A DNA stretch of 64,000 nucleotides from Camelus dromedarius (Eukaryota). Both the position numbers and the translations under genes were made by a program. The stretch is from NCBI RefSeq assembly GCF_036321535.1, contig NC_087447.1:47122001-47186000 (forward strand), given 5' to 3'. Positions within the stretch are counted from its first letter, which is position 1. Every line of letters begins with the position of its first letter. A model generated the notes under the pieces. It searched no databases. It was not told the origin of the DNA and saw only the letters and a program-made list of their open reading frames with translations. Positions 1 through 13,290 of the stretch are shown in pieces.

Positions 1-2109
1 CTGCCCATGACCAAGAACAGCTTTGGATTCTGGAAGAAGAGCCTCATTTTCAATGTCAGTGCTCTGGCTTGTCATCTGTGGACTCCAGTGACCCTAGAAG
101 ACCAAAGAGACCATGGGAGCCTGGGCTGTGGGGTTGGTGCTTTATCTCCTCCATTTGTAAGGTGGTAACTGTGCGCCCGCCTTGCTAGAAGCTCTGCAGC
201 TGGGGATCACACTGATAAATTCACTGTATTACTTTGCACAAATCAATATCCCAGCACTTACCAGGGGTTGATGTGACCGAAATTGGTTTCAGCCAATTCG
301 TGAGGGTAATAAATGGCCATTTATCAAATCAATTCATTCTGTGGCACTTCTCTGGCTGCCCATCCCCATCGTACCCCTGGGGTGCCAGGCTCCACCTAGC
401 CAGTCCCTAGCATACATCTGACACTAGCCTAGAGGACCCAGGGAGGCCCAGCTGACCTCTAGACCACTAGCCACTAGCCTCTCCTGCACCTGCTTCAGTC
501 TTGAGGTCCTGAGGCACTGGCTGCTGCTTGCCTACCAGAAATTCTGACCCGGAGAGTGCCAAATGCTTCAGCTGAGCCGGTAGCTGAACACAATCTGACT
601 GTCATCAGTGTGACCTTCAGCTGTAGGGCTTCTAGCAAGGCGGGCACACAGTTACTGCCTTACAAATGGAAGAGGGAATGTACCAACCCCACAGCCCAGG
701 CCCCTATGGCCTCTGTGTCTTTTCCAGCATCACTGGAGCCATAGCAGGGTCAACCTACACACCATAGGACAAGTAGCAGGGCCTTTCTGATGTCAGGCAG
801 AGTTCGGGTGACAGAATTAAGCTTTGGATAGAAGCAAGAACTCAGGGCAGACATTCTGACAGCCCCGGGGAAGTGGGAAGTAGAATCATCTACTTCTGTT
901 CTGGGCCAATGGCAAGGAGATACAAGGTGGGTGGTGCAGCAGAGGTCGGTGTAGGATCAGGGGAAGAGTCCAGCCTGGGGCTGGGACAAAGGATCAGTCC
1001 CGGGCTGAAGGAAAAACTGGGCCTGACCTACAGAGCACACTGCCCAACCCCAGATGGTAAACATCTGGAGGATGGGGACTAGGTTTTATTTAGTGCTCCC
1101 TGCTACATACTAGAAAGAACATGTTCTTTACAGTCCTGCAGTCCTGGATTTGGTTTCCCAGCACACAGGTGAGGAAACTGATGCTCAAAGAAGCTGAGTG
1201 ACTAGCCTGAGTTGCACAGCTGGTAAGTGGCCGACCTGCTATTTGAGCTCTGGCTGATCGAATTCTTTCCATTCTAATGTCCTCTTCCCTCTCCCCTCCA
1301 CTACTTATGGGAGCTTCGTATCTTACGGGCTTGGGAAGCCGGTGAGAAGGAGGTCAGAGGAGCAGGTAACCTGCTGGGAAAGGGTGGCATAAGAGGTGGA
1401 GGGAAAACACCATGATGACAGCTGCAGTTCTGGCCCAAGTGGACATGAGATTCCAGCAGGATATGCTTTCTGAGATCTCTGCTAGGTCATCTGTTACTCT
1501 CATGGGCACCTCCTCCTCCTCTCTTCAACCCAAGAGCTCCCAAGGTCTCCCTTCCTTCTACCTAGACATGGCCTTGGCAAAGAAGTAGGGGGTTGCCATC
1601 TCCAAGGTGGTGGCTGAGCATGGCTGTCTGTATCTAGACCCAAAAGGGCAGTCTGGTGTGGTTTGGGCCTGAATAGCAAGGAGTGGTGTATTCAGAAAAG
1701 CTCTCCCTGGTGCCTGTGTGTGCCTGCAGGCTGCCTTCTGCCCTAGAGCTGGTTAGACAGCTCTCGTCTGTGGGCTCCTTTTATCCACTGATGGTCAGGC
1801 CCCTAGTCAGTGGCTCACGACTTGCACATGAGTCCCACTGGTGTGTGAGGATGATTGGATAATGGGCTGGGCTTGGTGTGTCACAGTGCAACTGCCTTCA
1901 TTGTTCAGTGACTCCACTAATTGGTTTTCTAGGGCTGACAATGCCACCCCAGACCATTCCAGAGGGGCACCACAACTTCAGCCTTATGTCTCCTTTTACT
2001 AGCGAGCAGAACCAGCTGCTGTCCTTGGCAGCTGGTGAACTGCATCAGGTGGGACTAGATGCAACACTAAATGCAACATGTTGGTGAGACTGACTGTGAC
2101 CCTGAAGGG

Positions 2110-2294
2110 CAGAGGTTTGTAAAGTTGAGCTGAGCATCAGCATCTCCTGCAGGGCCTGTTAAAACACAGATTTCTGGGCTCCACTGCCAGAACTTCTGAT
2201 TCCAAAGGTCTAGGGTGAGGCTTCAGGTCTACTACTGACAAGTTCCCAGAGGATGTTGGTGCTGCTGGCCCAGAGACCACTTTGAGAACCACTG
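2110..2294. mobile_element. MER5A-like hAT-Charlie MITE
   Basis: Diagnostic text 'gttaaaacacagatttctgggctccac...ggcccagagaccactttgagaaccactg', with degenerate terminal inverted repeats. Confidence 0.85.
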
Positions 2295-2799
2295 CCTTGG
2301 GGGCTACCCCCTTGTCTAAGCCAGGCATAGGGTTCCCCTGCCCTTGCCTCAATCTGTTTGAGGTCACCCTCAGGAGGTCACGCACCTGAATAGGAGAACA
2401 ACTGTGAGGGCACCATCTTGAGCAGAACCCCAGTTTTATTATCTCTCCAGTGGGGTCTGCATCGGCAGGAGGGTCACTAGATTAAGGATGACACCAGCAG
2501 GCAGTCTGGTTCCCAAGGGTCAAAGTATGGGACATAAGAGCTTCTGAGGTAAAGAAGAAGGCACTCAAGACTTGTTCAGGGTATTTTCCCTAAAATTGAG
2601 CCAGCTGCTGACAAATTATATGGAAGTGTGGTAGAGTCCTAGGCAGGAGATGGAAGTCAGAAGTTCTAGTTCTGGCTTAGCTGCTATGTTATTAGTGATG
2701 GATAAACTCCTGTTCTTCTGTGGCTTTCAGTTTCTCCACCTGAAAGATGGGGGTGGATGGGGGCAGTGGACCAGATGAAGGTCAAAGTTAAATTCTAAG

Positions 2800-2980
2800 C
2801 ATAGGAAAGCAGCCTTGAGCAAATTATTGAACTGCTCTGTCTCAGCTTCCTCATCTGTAAAGTGGGGATTTAATGGGACCAACCTCACAGAGTTGCTGCA
2901 AGGATTAAATGACACAACATATGCAAAGAGCTCAGAACACTGCCTGGCACAAAGTACTCAACGAATGCTGCACTGTATTA
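2800..2980 (+). mobile_element. MIR SINE
   Basis: Core 'ctcagcttcctcatctgtaaagtgggg...aggattaaatga...ctgcctggcacaaagtactcaa'. Confidence 0.85.
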
Positions 2981-3041
2981 TTAGCCACTTCTCAACATGG
3001 AGCCAGCAGGACCGCACCTCACTGCGGCAGACCCTGAGCTA

Positions 3042-3263
<222 letters not shown>

Positions 3264-3459
3264 CTATCTGCCAACCCGCGGAAAAAACACATGTCTGGAT
3301 CTTTGGGGGTCCTGATACACAGCCCTGGCTCATGACCACTGGAGGCTGGCCCAGTCCTCCCCTCACCCCCTCATCCTAGGCCTCATCTCATCTCCTTACA
3401 TTGAGAGTAAGATCTTGGCTCATCCTGCTAGTAAAATAATTACTACTAGTAGATTAATA

Positions 3460-3645
3460 CTTGACTCTGGAGTCTGACAGAAGACTTGGTTCGAATTCCA
3501 GCTTTCTCACTTATAAGATGTGCTTATTACCTGGAGTGAGTTACTTTGCCTCAGTTTTCTCCTCTGTAAATTGGGGATTAAATATGATGGTATATAGAAC
3601 GTACCTAGCATCATGGTTGGCATGCTCTAAGTGCTTAACAAATAC
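3460..3645 (+). mobile_element. MIR SINE
   Basis: 'ggttcgaattccagc...gcctcagttttctcctctgtaaattgggg'. Confidence 0.75.
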
Positions 3646-5589
3646 AGGTTCCTTGCCTTTTTTGCTTATCCTCTTGAAAACCATTCTGATTTTCAAATCA
3701 GAGCTATGAACACCCTCCACTTCAATGATACTGGATTTCAATTCAAAACAACTAATTCAGCAACTGCTGTGCGCCTGGCCTGGTGCACACAATATTGGAA
3801 AGGTGCGGCAGGGGCAAGGAGGACGATTATACCTCACCCCCTGGGAGGCTGAGATGAGTGCCTAGCAAGTGTCTGGCCTCTGGCTTGGTCCATTTTGGAA
3901 AAGGCAAGAGGAGGCCTGCGTTTGGTCATGCTGTGAGGGAGAAAAAGAGGGCCAGGCCTTGCCCTCAGGGAGCTCAAAGTTGGGCAGAGGAAGTGAGGCA
4001 GGGTCTGTACACAAATACTTCTCAGGCAAAATCAGCCATTTTTCTCACAATTCCAAAGCATGTGTGCCTATTTCTAGCCCTGTACCTATCACTGAAGAAA
4101 AGATTACCTGAAAACAAGTTTGCTGAATGTTTGAGAGTCTGTCTTCCAAATCAGATATGAGCCCCCTGAGGGTACACACTGCCTTTTACTCACTGCTATT
4201 CCTGGTGTGGGTCCTAGCACAGTGGAGGCATCTGGTGAATGTTTGCTAAAATGAATCTAATGACAGATATAAAGAGGAATTAACAGCTGGACTGGGTGGT
4301 GAAGGAATAGAGAAGGGGAAGGATACATAGAACACGGAACATTTTGGGGGTGCTTTCTGGGAGGTGGGAGGCTTGAAGGAGCTGAAGTAGTGGGCTAAGT
4401 GGGAGCTGTGGGACTGAGACCAGGAAGGGAGGGGTGAGTGCATGGGTCTGATGATAAAGCATTTATGGAGGTGGGGGCTGGGGGAAGGAGGCAGGTCTTG
4501 GAGTAGAACGGAAAGACCTGCGTCTTCAGGAGGCTTCTCTTCCCTAGGGACCCTGTAACACTGACAGCTTTCTAAGAAGCGAGCTGCTAAGGTAAGGCCC
4601 TGTCACAAAAGTTGTGGCTGCAGATTGCTCTTGTGGGCAGAGTGGATGAAAAATATCTGCTATTTGGGCAGTGTTTTCCTGTTATGGTAGTGACCTTGAC
4701 AGAAGTTAAAAAAAATAAATAGCAAACAATCCAATTTTGGCTGTTGCTATCAGTCTGTAACTGAAAGCTCCCATCAGTCCTGGGGTTCCATATGGAGCAA
4801 TAATTCGGCGCCGATCCCAGTGGAGCGACGCTTGCCGGTTGGAATCCAGCGCGTCACTGTGCAGCTCCCTCAGGCGCCACATACATCACATGGCTCTGCC
4901 GACTCCAGCCATATATCTGCCTCCTCCTCCTCCCTGCCCATCCAGCCCCTCTCAGCACTCAGGCCCACTGGGCTGGAAGGCTATGATGGTGAGAAGCACA
5001 CACACCGGCTGGTACAGCATTAGCCAGAGCCTGGCCGGCTTGCAGTCATCCAGGCCCCCCGAAGGAGCTCGAAGCTGTGGAAGCTGGCTTCCAAGGGTTT
5101 GTTGGGCCTGTTTCCTCACTTCCCCTCAGTGATGGGTATTCCTGCCTCTGGGCCTTCTGCTCACACTGCTCCATCACACAAAAGCCTTCTCTATTCTTAC
5201 CCAGCTCTAAGTATCCCAGTGATCTCAGCTTAAATGCCATATAATTTAAGGAGCCTGTTATAAGGTTTTGTGCCTGCCTCTGGCCCCAGGACCTCTGGTG
5301 CACTTATTTAACTGCCAATTTATGTCTCTTTACTCGACACGTGAGGTCCATAGTGACAAAGACCATGTTTTATTCATTTCCATAGCTCCAGCACCTAGCA
5401 CAGGGCCTGGCTCACAGGAGTCAATACATGTTGCCAACTGAATGAGGTTAACTACCATTTGTGGAATGGCTACTGTGTGCCAGGCACCGTACTCTGCACT
5501 TTATCCATAGTGTCTCACTGAATTCTTACAACTGTGCCCATCTGAAGTTTGACTCCTCTTCTGGCTTATACTGGGGCATATCACGTGGC

Positions 5590-5825
5590 AGAAAGAAGCA
5601 GCTTTACTCCAAAGAGACCTGAATTCAGGCCTTACCTAATCCACTTACTATCTAGCTGACCTTGGGGAAGTTGAATCACCTCCCTGAATTTGTTTCCTCA
5701 TCTCCAACATGGGTATGGTGCTCATGCCTACCCTGCAGGCCCCTTGTGGGATGTTGGTGAGGATTAAATGAGATGACATATACAAAGCACCAGGCAGGTC
5801 TCCGGCACACAGCAAATGTGTAAGT
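5590..5825 (+). mobile_element. MIR SINE
   Basis: 'tgaccttggggaagttg...tttcctcatctcc...gtgaggattaaatgagatga'. Confidence 0.8.
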
Positions 5826-8659
5826 GGCTGTGTGAGAGACTCAAGTGGTTAACAGAGTACCTGGCCCTTAGCAAGCCTTTGATAAGTGTAACTTCCCCTT
5901 TGCTGCATTTTGATAACTGATTATCTAACCCAGTATCTCTTCTTTTTGGTTTCAAATTTTTGTTTTGGTACTGGAATCCTTTAAACTACTTTAATCTGCA
6001 TGGAGCTCCACAGATAAGGAGAAGAGATTCTCTAGCTTAACCAGAAGCCAGGAATCAAGTTCACTTGGACGTCCCCACTGCCCCAGTGTGGCTCCTGAGG
6101 CCCCTCCCCCTAGGAACCCAGTGTCTGCAGGGAACAGTCTCAACACCAACCAGGTTTTGGGGATGCCTCTACTGCCTGGGGTGGCTCAGCTCCGCCTGTC
6201 AGTATTCCCTATGTTGTAGAGAACTCTACCTCCAGGTACTTTCCATCCATTGATTTGAGGGGCCTCACAAAACATACCTTTTTTCCTTTGAGGCAGGCAA
6301 AGACTAACATGGCTTTTTCCACCACTTTGCTGGTTTGGGTATGACCATTGTGGCCTCCTTAAGACTTCTTCAGGGAAACATTTCTACCTCCTGTAACTCT
6401 TCTTCAGTGTCATGATTTTAGGTTGTCTTAGTATTCCTGTTACTTTCTTGGGCAAGAGAAAAGGGTTCTTGACTTCTATGAGTGTGAGAGAAAGATTACA
6501 CTGTGATCTGCCTGGTCTCTCAGGAGCTTTCTAGATGGTCCTGGGAAAGATTCAACCTGTGGCCTAAATCTGAGCACATTCTGATTCCAGCACACTCCAT
6601 CCCAGCCTGGAGCCCTAAGTATCTACTCAGAACAACTTCTGAAAATGGATCAGATTCTTTGATAAAAATGTACAGACACTGAGATTAAACCAGGTAGAAG
6701 GTTACTGCTTCATGCTGTTTTCCTAATGCTTAGCAAAGAATTTATGTTAAAAAAAAAAGGGTTGAATGAATGAATGACTTTTAAAGGCATGAGCTATGAG
6801 TTCAGGCTTGTGAAAAGCTAGCCAGTGGAAGAACCTAGGAAAGGAAAATACTTGGTCTGTATACATTCTGTTTGGGGAAGAGGAGAGAGAAGGATGGGAG
6901 AAGGGTCCATGAATGTAGGCTACTATTGTTTTCTGGCTTTTTGAGGAAATAGGGAGGAAGGCTACAGGGACTGAGGTCAAGGTTCTGCTTTAACAGGGTT
7001 TCACTAGAGGAGAAGATAAGGTAGGTAACCCAGTCTGCAGAAGCAGAAGGCACTGGGCTGAGAGCCTCTAGGAGGAAGTCACCTAGGAGAGCAGGAATAG
7101 GGGAGTGAACATCTTCTTAATAAAAGCCATATGCAATTAGCTTCAGAAGCCCTCACCTGGAGCGAGCAGCTCCCTATGCTGCATCTCGGCTGGATAATCG
7201 CAGCCACTGGTTTCCATCATTCTTGATTTAATATGGCACCCCTCCTTGCTGTGAGTGCATTTACAGGAAAGGGCTGGGAAGCCAAGGTGAAGCCTAGCTG
7301 GGCTGGCTAGGAATGGGTGGGTGGCTGGGCTGAGTGGCCCTGCAGGGGAGGGTTACAGGGAGAAGGGGTATGGAAACACTCCTAGTGTTGGGCATCTCTC
7401 AGGGAACAGGTCTGATAATGAACCTGGCAGTGTGTTCACTGAGAGGGTAGCCGGGGCAGGGGTGGTAGGCAGTATGAGACCCTAGGCAAGAACGGGATAG
7501 ATGTGGAGAAGGGAAGAGAAGAGAGGTCGAGCTGCAGTTGGCCTCTCATAGGAGGTCAGGACACTGAGCCCACTAGCTGCTCACAGACTAAGATATGCCC
7601 CAACCTCCTGACTCCCTGATCCAACCCCAACTCATGTCATAGTCAGGTCTTGAAGCTGGGAATGACAGAGAGGACTGGGTGGGGAGGCCAACAAAGGGGA
7701 CCTGGGGGCAACAGATGAGACTAGGGCAGGGGAGGATGATGGAAAAAGTTCTGAGTCGGGGAGTAATGACAAGAGGAGCCCAGGGGGTCCAACAAGAGTC
7801 TGGGGGATACACAGCACATTGGACAGGAGACTGGGGGATGAGAGGGGAGCCAAAGGGACTTGAAAGTCTGTTGAACTAGCTCATAAAGTCCAGATCCATG
7901 TAGAGAAAAGCTGGGTAAAGAGCAGGCATCAGGCCCATCAGACTTGGTGACCACTATGTCAGCATCCCATTCCATTTGCCTCTCTTCCAGTTGATCTTCC
8001 TTTTGCTGCCAGAGTGATATTTTTAACATGCAAATCAGATCAGGTCACTCCTCTGCAAACAGCTGGGTTGATTCAGAGATAAGAGTGGCTAGAGAAGGTT
8101 AAGAAGGACAAGGAGTGGCCTAAGTGAGAAAATGGGTTGTATTCTCCCCAGGAAGCACGTGATGTGGCCGTGGATGTTAACTTTGATTACTTGGTTAAGG
8201 TGGTCTGTGCCAGGTTTCTCCACCAGTTTTTCCCCTTGTAATTGTTAAGTATTTTGCAGGGTGGGACTCAGAGACTATAAATAGCCCATTACTCCTCAAA
8301 CTTCTACTCACTACTTTGAGCATCTGACTGATGAGTTCTGCCTGATTTGGGACCAGCTGTTCTAATTCTCACAGCCCAATAGAGTTCAGAGTACCTCCTC
8401 TCTCGCTGTCCACAGATGAAACAATTAAAGCAGGGTCCCACTGGTAGCAAGCATTAAAAGCAGAACACTAACTGTTGTAGTCTGATTCCAGCCCTGGACT
8501 TTCCACCCTGGAGATAAGAAAAGACCCATTCCTGCCTTTAGGAAGTTCAGAATCTATTTAGGGAGATGAGACTTGAAACACAAATTTCATATTCCTACTT
8601 TTAGCATGGAGCTACCCAATGAATTTACTGAAAATAAACACCAGAAGGTGGTCTTGCTA

Positions 8660-9370
8660 GAAATGCATAATCTGAGTTGAATCATAACGAAACATTAAAC
8701 AAACCCAAATTGAGAGACAGCATACAAAACAAGCAGCTTGTACTCGTTAGAATATCAAGGTCATAAAAGAAAAATTGAGGAATTATTCCAGATTAAAGGA
8801 GACTAAAGAGACATGATAAATGAATCCAACTTGGGATGCAGAATTTTCTTGTAAAGAGAATTATTGGGACAACTGGTAAAATCTGAATAACATCTTTAGA
8901 TTAGTTAATACCAGTTTTAATGCTCTGATCTTGAGGAGTGTACTGAGGTTATACAAGAAAATGTCCTTTTTTAAAGTAATTCATACAAGTATTTAGGGTT
9001 AAAGGGGTATCATGTGTATAACTTAACTTTCAAATGACTCAGAAAAAATTACATCTCTCTATATATTATTTATGTAAATATAAGTAATAAACAACGTGCG
9101 ATAAAATGTTAATTGGTAACCTGGGTGAAGGTTTATAGGAATTCACTGTACTATTTTTGAAATTATATAAAAATAAAGGTGAAATATATCAGGATAATGC
9201 TTACTCTTAGGGGATGGGTAGTGACTGGAAGGGAGTATGACACAAATGTGTGCTTGTAACAGTCTACTTCTTGATCAGGTGTATTTAGTTTGTGAAAAAA
9301 ATGAGCTGTATACTTATGACATGTGCACCTTATACAAGTATATTTCAATAAAAAAGTTTTTAAGAAGTTA
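8660..9370 (+). mobile_element. Old L1 (L1MC/L1ME-like) 3' end fragments
   Basis: AT-rich L1 3' UTR text such as 'ccagattaaaggagactaaagagacatga', ending in 'atttcaataaaaaagt' and an A-rich tail. Confidence 0.75.
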
Positions 9371-12300
9371 AAAGGAAAAAAAAAAAACGAAGGCAAAAGC
9401 CTATCAGCATAATGCTGAGTCTGGTCCATGGAGAACCTATAATGAAGGTCAGATGGTGTTGTCACCCCCACAGGGCCAGGCACAGAGCCAGGCACATGGC
9501 ACACCGGCTCTTGAAATGAGACGCGAAGCAGGGAGCAGGCTAGGCAAGGCAGGGAAGGTGTCTCTTCACCTGAAGCCAGGAGGAACAGAACCTTCTTACC
9601 CTGCTATGTATCTCACCCCCTTCTCTCTGGATGGCTTCCCTCAGATCTGATGGGAGCACCCAGGCTTGCAGTCTGGGATGTGGGCTCAGGGGAGCGTTGC
9701 ATCCCCAGCTACCCCTGAAGCAAATGAAAAAATATAGAGATAGGAAATGTGCTTGTGATTCTGTCACTGGGATATGCAAATAAAATATATATGATAGGCC
9801 TATCTGCCTAATATTCCTGCCAATTCATTCTCTGGATGTGATTAAAATGAGCAATAAATTCCTCATGAGTCTCAGTGGAGTGAGGATCTGGGAGTGGAGA
9901 TGCGAGTTGGCACCAGCGCGTCCCCCTCAGCTGAATATTCATCATGGAATAGTTCCCCATATTTTTGTTTTATCTGCCATCATGTGCACAGAGATATATT
10001 TCCATCTTTCCATCTCTTAGTTAAGATGGGAAAATGGTCTAAGCTGTAAGTATTAAACTCTCCAGCTACTGAAATCCTTCAAAGTGAGATCACAGGCTAC
10101 CTTCTCTATGAAGCCTATCTTGCTTGTTCTGCCTGGAGGTGATCCATGCTTTCTCGGAGCCCCCACAAACTCTATGTGGATCCCTCCTAAGGCACAAATC
10201 AGCCTATGGGTATCAGAGCTAAGAGCACCCGCCTCCCCCATCTTCCTCTCCTGATGGCCAGCTCAGGAGACAGGAGCTGAGCCTCAGTCACCTCTGGATC
10301 TTCTCAAGGGTCCCAAGGAGGCTTCCGCACACAGAGAATGCTGAGAGAACTGAGCAAACCAGCTGTGAGGAGAAAATCACTTAGGCCACCTAAAGTGACA
10401 GATTCTTAGATAAGTGACACATTTTAAAAGGCAGAATAAAATAAAAAATTGGGCTTATGGATAATTTTTAAATGGGAAAATCATTAAGAAATAATAAGTG
10501 AAAAAAAAGCAGATTCCAAATATGGAACTAGGATTACAACTTAAAGATGTGCAGGAACAAGTAGAAAACAAAAAAGCCTGACAGGCAAGCACATGATACA
10601 ATAGGAAATGGGAGCCTGGGGCTGGAGAGTCCATGCTCCAACCTCTAAGGCATTACATTCATGTCATTCACATTTTAAAAAACCTCTGGGTTGGCAAAAT
10701 AAAACATGGCTGTCAGTTTGAGACCCCTGGTATATACACTGGGCTATTAATCAGGTTAAAAAAAAGGCCACCTATGTAAGTATATATAGACACGGTCCAG
10801 AAAAGGCAAATATAGTATCATAAGAAGAAATCTCTGATTCATATCCCAAGAGTTACTGTAATAACTTGACTTTCTTAAGCCATCTGCTTTCTTTCAGATT
10901 CAGTTTTCTCATCTGTAAAATGGGGGTAATATGCGTTGCTTCATAGATTGGTTACAGGGTTAGAAAAAATACATATTAGTGTACCTGGCTTAGTGCCTAG
11001 ATACACTTGATAAATGGAACCTACTACAAGCAATTAAGAATATTAATAGCAGTTATATATAGGTAGTAGGGCTACAATGTTTTAAACTGAGATTCAGCTC
11101 AGTTGACATCTCTTCCAGGAAGCCTTCCTTGATATCCCAGACAGAATTAGAAGCCACCTTGGGCTTCCACAGTCCCTGGGCTTCGCTGGGACTGATGACT
11201 CAGTGGTGTCACAGTTCACTTGGCTGTCTCCTCATTAGACTATGAGCTCCTTGAGGGTTTCACCCATCTGTCTTCTCATCTAGCTCAGAGCCCGGCAAAC
11301 AGATGTCATTCACAAATATGTACTGAATTATTTAATTCTCTTCATTTCACTTTCCAAATTTTCCTGAACGGGACAGAGGACTTCTATAACTATAAATTTT
11401 TGACAAAGAGCACATATTTGACTACACAGAAGGAAGTGAAGGCGGAGAGGCTGAGCCGAGTGGCAGGGGAATGCAGGACAGAGAGAAATGGAGGAAGATA
11501 AGATCAGAGTAGCTGTAACCCGTGTCTAGACAAAGGGCCAGGAGGTGAGGTCTCAAGCTGGAGTCTCAGCACCCTCCAGGCCTGAGTCGTCATGTTACAC
11601 ACACAGGGCTTGAACTCAGAGAGGAGCAGATGCTGCTTACTTACTGGCAGAGGGAGACAGAAGCCAGTCTAAAGCAGTGTTCACTCTCCAAAACTCTTCC
11701 TCACAGTTTTGAAGAGGTAGTTACTGTTTTTTTTTTTTTCCAGCTTTGAGAGAAAAAGCAGAGCAGAAAGAATGGATGACCACAGAGATGCTGAGCAAGT
11801 GAAAGACAATGCTCCTGACACCCAGGGAGAGCCAAGGGGTGGTTCATGCATGTAGAACCTGAGGGGATGGCAGAGCAATCAGGAAGAGGTGCTCAGCGGA
11901 GAGGAAGGGGGAAATCCAGATCGGATGAAGGGATCAAGTGCAAGGAGGTGACACCAGAGAACAGTCTTCCAGCTAAAAGGTTACAGAACCCCTGGGCTGG
12001 CTCTGAGTGGCCTTCCAGCCTCCAAAGGCAGCCCCTGCTCTGTGCCACAGCTCTGTGAGGGAGCTCCTCCTGCAGCCGCCACCCATTAAGCCTGGCTCTG
12101 TCCTGGTTTTGCAACTGAATTAATCTCCTCTCCTCCCCTCCCACTCAGCCATCCCTGTGCCTATGAGCAGTTTCTCCTTTCCAAGCCAGATGCCCTTCCT
12201 GCCTTCAACCTTTTCTCACGGCATATTTCCGCTTGCCCCCTTGCTGCTCTCCTCTGCACAGATTCTAAGAGCTCAGTCTACTCAGAAAGTAGCATTAAAT

Positions 12301-12897
12301 AAATAAAATTAAAACAAAAAGAAAAGAAGGTAGCATCTGCAATTGCTCTCTGTGGTCCAGAGGGGTCTGACTGGCACAGAGTACGCCAACTGCCACTTAT
12401 TCACTTGGGACACTAGCCTGATACTGACGTAGCTGATGTTAAGCCATTTCTTGGGCAGCCAAATTTTGTTAAGGGTCCCTCAGCAGCCCTAACCCTTCTA
12501 CCCCTGCTGGCACGAAGAGGCCTATTCTCCTGCTCTACATGACCAGACCAGTGCCTGCTCTATGTCACATCACCTGACAAAACACTGGTACTTCTGGTCA
12601 AGTGCAGTGCTTGATCTCAGGGGGACAGCAGTTTGGCCGAAGGGGAGTGGGTGATTTGAAACAGTGCTTAGGGTTTTCCTTAAGGCATGGGAGAAGCTGA
12701 TCCGACTTCTAGGGCTGCTCCTAGGGGTGGGAAATCTGGAAAAGGGAGGGAAGTACTTGTTCTCTGGAATTTTCCCTCTTCCTGGTCCCAAGCAGCCACT
12801 TAGGATGTGCTGTGAAAGGTGGTCCCCCTTTCTAACTCCTCTGCTTCTCTGGAAGAAACTATTACAAGACAGTTACTAAGGATCCCAAGGAGACAAA

Positions 12898-13290
12898 CTG
12901 TATGGTTAATGCTGGTTACCAAATAGTTCCAGTTCTCAGCCTGCTGGGCAAATGGCAGGATTACTCTTCTTGGCCCCCTTGGTGGGAACATGGGTTTAGT
13001 TCTGTCCAGTGAGTTGTGAGTGGGAGTAAAGGGTCCTACTTCCAGGCTGAGCGTTTAACTGAAGATGCAAGGCCTTCTAGAGCATTCTCTTCCCTCTGGC
13101 AAGCAACCAGCAGTATTTAGGAAGGTGGCTGCTCTGCTAGTAAGGTCCCTGAGGACCTATGATGAGCAGAGCCCCCCTCTGCTGACCCATGGTGGACATG
13201 CAGCATGAGGTAAAAATGAATCTGTTGTTTTAAGTCACCAAAATTTTGGGTTGTTACAATAGCATAATCTAGTTTATCCTGACTGATAAC
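12898..13290 (+). mobile_element. MLT1-family (ERVL-MaLR) solo LTR, probably MLT1I/J
   Basis: Typical MLT1 3' end 'ttgttttaagtcacc...ttgttacaatagcataatctagtttatcctgactgataaca' and internal 'agttctgtccagtgagttgtgagtgggagt'. Confidence 0.8.

Noticed and set aside
256..428. Strong minus-strand donor CTG|GTAAGT at 256-264 with a possible acceptor near 429
   Set aside because: It encodes nothing CLPB-like (the next expected exon begins AIRRKENGW), and such hexamers are common by chance.
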